From NCBI GenBank assembly GCA_963705165.1, contig CAVPJD010000012.1, forward strand, positions 32,001 to 96,000: a DNA stretch of 64,000 bases, given 5' to 3'. The notes beneath the pieces are model-generated. The model was not told the origin of the DNA, made no database searches, and saw nothing but the letters and a program-made list of their open reading frames with translations. Position 1 is the first letter of the stretch. Each line of letters begins with the position of its first letter. The position numbers and the translations under genes were made by a program. Of the stretch, positions 61,566-64,000 are shown one piece after another. Source of the DNA: an uncultured delta proteobacterium. Its GTDB lineage: Bacteria > Desulfobacterota > Syntrophia > Syntrophales > UBA2192.

Positions 61566-63194
61566 ATGTTCTGTAACCAGTGTGAGCAAACGGCAAAAGG
61601 CGAGGCATGCACGAAGGGGGGCGTCTGCGGCAAACCGCATGACGTTGCCGCCCTGCAGGACCTCTTGATCCACGCCCTCATCGGGCTCTCGATCGCGGCA
61701 TCCGAAGCGAGGAGGAAGGGGATTGGCGATCACGATGCAGACGTGTTCACGGTGAAGGCGCTCTTTTCGACGCTGACCAATGTGAATTTCACCCCGGAGC
61801 GCTTTGTCCCCCAGATCCAACAGGCCGTTCAATACCGAAACGGGCTCATCGGGAAGGTCAAGGCCTCAGGCGCAAGCCCCGATCTTTCCATCGATGCCAT
61901 GACCTTCAAGCCGTCGGGCACCATGGAAGGGCTCATTGCCCAGGCGGAAACGGTGGGACTGATGGACTACCCGGCGGCAGGCGCCGACATCCTTTCCCTC
62001 AAGCACACCCTGCTCTTCGGGATCAAGGGTCTGGCTGCCTACGCCGATCACGCCCAGATCCTGGGCCAGGAAGATGCGGCCGTGTACGCCTTCGTCCACG
62101 AGGGGCTGGCGGCGCTTGCCGATGAAAAACTCGGCCTCGAGGCGGCCCTGGCGCTCGTGCTCAAGTGCGGCGAGGTCAACCTGAGAGCCATGGAACTTCT
62201 CGATGCGGCCAACACGGGCGCCTACGGGCACCCCGTCCCCACGGCCGTTTCGCTCGGTGCGAAGAAGGGCAAGGCGATCCTGGTTTCCGGCCACGATCTC
62301 AAGGACCTGGAGGAGCTGCTCAAGCAGACCGAGGGCAAGGGGATCAACATCTACACGCACGGCGAGATGCTCCCCTGCCACGGCTACCCGAGGCTGAAGA
62401 AGTACAGCCACCTCTTCGGGCACTACGGCACGGCCTGGCAGAACCAGGCGAAGGAGTTCGCCGAGTTTCCCGGTGCGATCCTGATGACCACCAACTGCAT
62501 CCAGCGCCCCACACCGGCCTACAAGGGCAACATCTTCACGACGGGCCTCGTGGGCTGGCCCGACGTGGCACACATCGCCGGCAATGACTTCACGCCCGTG
62601 ATCAAGCGGGCACTTGAGCTTCCCGGATTCACCGGGGACAAAAACGGCAAGTCGGTCATGGTGGGATTTGCCCGCAACGCCGTTCTAGGCGTGGCCGACA
62701 AGGTCATCGAGGCCGTGAAGGGGAAAAATATCCGGCACTTCTTCCTGGTGGGCGGCTGCGACGGCGCCAAGCCGGGCAGGAATTACTACACACAGTTCGT
62801 CGAACAGGTTCCCAAAGACTGCATCGTGCTGACCCTGGCCTGCGGGAAGTTCCGCTTCTTCGACCAGGACCTGGGGGCGATCGGCGGCATTCCGAGGCTT
62901 CTCGACGTGGGCCAGTGCAACGACGCCTACTCGGCCATCCAGATCGCCGTGGCGCTCTCGAAGGCCTTCGGCGTGGGCGTCAACGAACTGCCGCTCTCGA
63001 TGATCCTGTCGTGGTACGAGCAGAAGGCGGCGGCGATCCTGCTCACGCTGCTGGCGCTCGGGATCAAGGACATCCGCCTGGGGCCCTCGCTTCCGGCCTT
63101 CATCACGCCGGGCGTGCTCGACGTGCTCGTGAAGAACTTCGGCATCAAGCCGATCACGACGCCGGAGGCGGACCTGAAAAGCATCCTGGGCTGA
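61566..63194 (+). CDS. hcp: Hybrid cluster protein (hydroxylamine/NO reductase)
   Basis: MFCNQCEQT..CT..GVCGK, SGHDL, THGEMLP, TTNC, GGCDG, LACGK, GQCND, SWYEQK. Confidence 0.97.
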   Translation: MFCNQCEQTAKGEACTKGGVCGKPHDVAALQDLLIHALIGLSIAASEARRKGIGDHDADVFTVKALFSTLTNVNFTPERFVPQIQQAVQYRNGLIGKVKASGASPDLSIDAMTFKPSGTMEGLIAQAETVGLMDYPAAGADILSLKHTLLFGIKGLAAYADHAQILGQEDAAVYAFVHEGLAALADEKLGLEAALALVLKCGEVNLRAMELLDAANTGAYGHPVPTAVSLGAKKGKAILVSGHDLKDLEELLKQTEGKGINIYTHGEMLPCHGYPRLKKYSHLFGHYGTAWQNQAKEFAEFPGAILMTTNCIQRPTPAYKGNIFTTGLVGWPDVAHIAGNDFTPVIKRALELPGFTGDKNGKSVMVGFARNAVLGVADKVIEAVKGKNIRHFFLVGGCDGAKPGRNYYTQFVEQVPKDCIVLTLACGKFRFFDQDLGAIGGIPRLLDVGQCNDAYSAIQIAVALSKAFGVGVNELPLSMILSWYEQKAAAILLTLLALGIKDIRLGPSLPAFITPGVLDVLVKNFGIKPITTPEADLKSILG

Positions 63195-63367
63195 TGACGA
63201 TTCATTGAAAAGCCCGAGCCCTGGTCATGGACCGGGAGATAGGTTAGCGAGCTGCGGAAGAGAGGAAGCGAAGAAGAGCGGAGTGGACAAAGATATTTTA
63301 TCCGATCTTCATAACTTCCGTATTTCCTGACTTCGATTATTTCCGTGCCTCTAAAGGGGCACTTACC

Positions 63368-63414
63368 GGGAACCTTCCCGCTTCCCCTGACCCTCCGGCG
63401 GGAAGGTTCCCTTT
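63368..63414 (+). terminator. Hairpin downstream of hcp
   Basis: GGGAACCTTCCCGC...GCGGGAAGGTTCCC followed by TTT. Confidence 0.55.
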
Positions 63415-63570
63415 ATAAAAACGATTCACCATCTGCCTCTCTCCTGTCCGGGACCCCTTCCCTCACAAGGGGCGGGGGTCCCGGAACAAGGCAGACAATG
63501 AAAATTGGATAACCCAGGAGAGGCTCAGAAAAAATCCGGATCAATGGCCCGAAGAGATCGCTTCCGAGAT

Positions 63571-63668
63571 TTCCCTCTCCCTTGACGGGAGAGGGTCAGG
63601 GTGAGGGTGAAAAGGCAGTAACCATTCATTCCCCTCACCTCAATCCTCTCCCGCCGGGGGAGAGGAAG
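63571..63668. repeat. REP-like doublet (CCTCTCCC..GGGAGAGG family)
   Basis: Inverted near-copy of 31018-31102. Confidence 0.85.
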
Positions 63669-63684
63669 AATGAGGTTGAAAGAC

Positions 63685-64000
63685 ATGAACAAGACGAGAC
63701 CAATCATTGAGATCAACGAGGAACTCTGCAACGGCTGCGGCGAGTGTGTCCCGGCCTGTGCGGAAGGGGCCATCCAAATCGTCGACGGCAAGGCCAGGCT
63801 CGTGAAGGACATGTTCTGCGACGGCCTGGGCGCCTGCCTGGGCGAGTGCCCCACGGGGGCCCTGAAGATCATCGAGCGCGAGGCCGACGAATTCGACGAG
63901 AAGGCCGTACACGAGCACCTGAAGAAAACGAAGGCACCGGCACCCTCCCCCTTCGCCCCTGCGCAGGGCGGCTGCCCCTCCATGACCCTGCACAGCTTCG
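63685..64000 (+). CDS. 4Fe-4S dicluster protein (3'-truncated by the window edge)
   Basis: Translated by hand, not in the ORF track: [24 protein letters not shown]...[16 protein letters not shown]. Confidence 0.88.
   Translation, partial: MNKTRPIIEINEELCNGCGECVPACAEGAIQIVDGKARLVKDMFCDGLGACLGECPTGALKIIEREADEFDEKAVHEHLKKTKAPAPSPFAPAQGGCPSMTLHSF

Overview
GC-rich chromosomal segment from an anaerobic bacterium; the gene content suggests a Desulfobacterota/Syntrophales-like organism (inference). The core has two back-to-back operons. On the - strand is a TetR-headed beta-oxidation operon (acyl-CoA dehydrogenase, FadN-type HAD/ECH, thiolase). On the + strand is an ~12.7-kb hydrogenase cluster: a DRTGG/kinase/PHP regulatory cassette, NuoE-like, thioredoxin-like ferredoxin, a 1019-aa NuoF-GltD fusion, a NuoG-like subunit without an H-cluster, group 3 [NiFe] small and large subunits, a maturation protease and, unexpectedly, the [FeFe] maturase HydF. 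Other genes include TRAP, MFS, CorA, ABC and NCS2 transporters, KdsD, a twice-frameshifted multi-PAS hybrid kinase, a TMTC-like GT-C/TPR protein, a radical SAM-methyltransferase fusion and the hcpR-hcp locus with a perfect FNR-type box. Mobile DNA: one DDE (rve-type) IS, and a RAYT-like HUH transposase bounded by perfect 34-bp inverted repeats. The same repeat forms a mini-element that appears to supply the start codon of an ABC ATPase and also occurs as a solo arm. Many REP-like and heptamer-repeat intergenic elements are present. No rRNA, tRNA or CRISPR array was seen. All product calls come from motif recognition by eye; no database searches were run.
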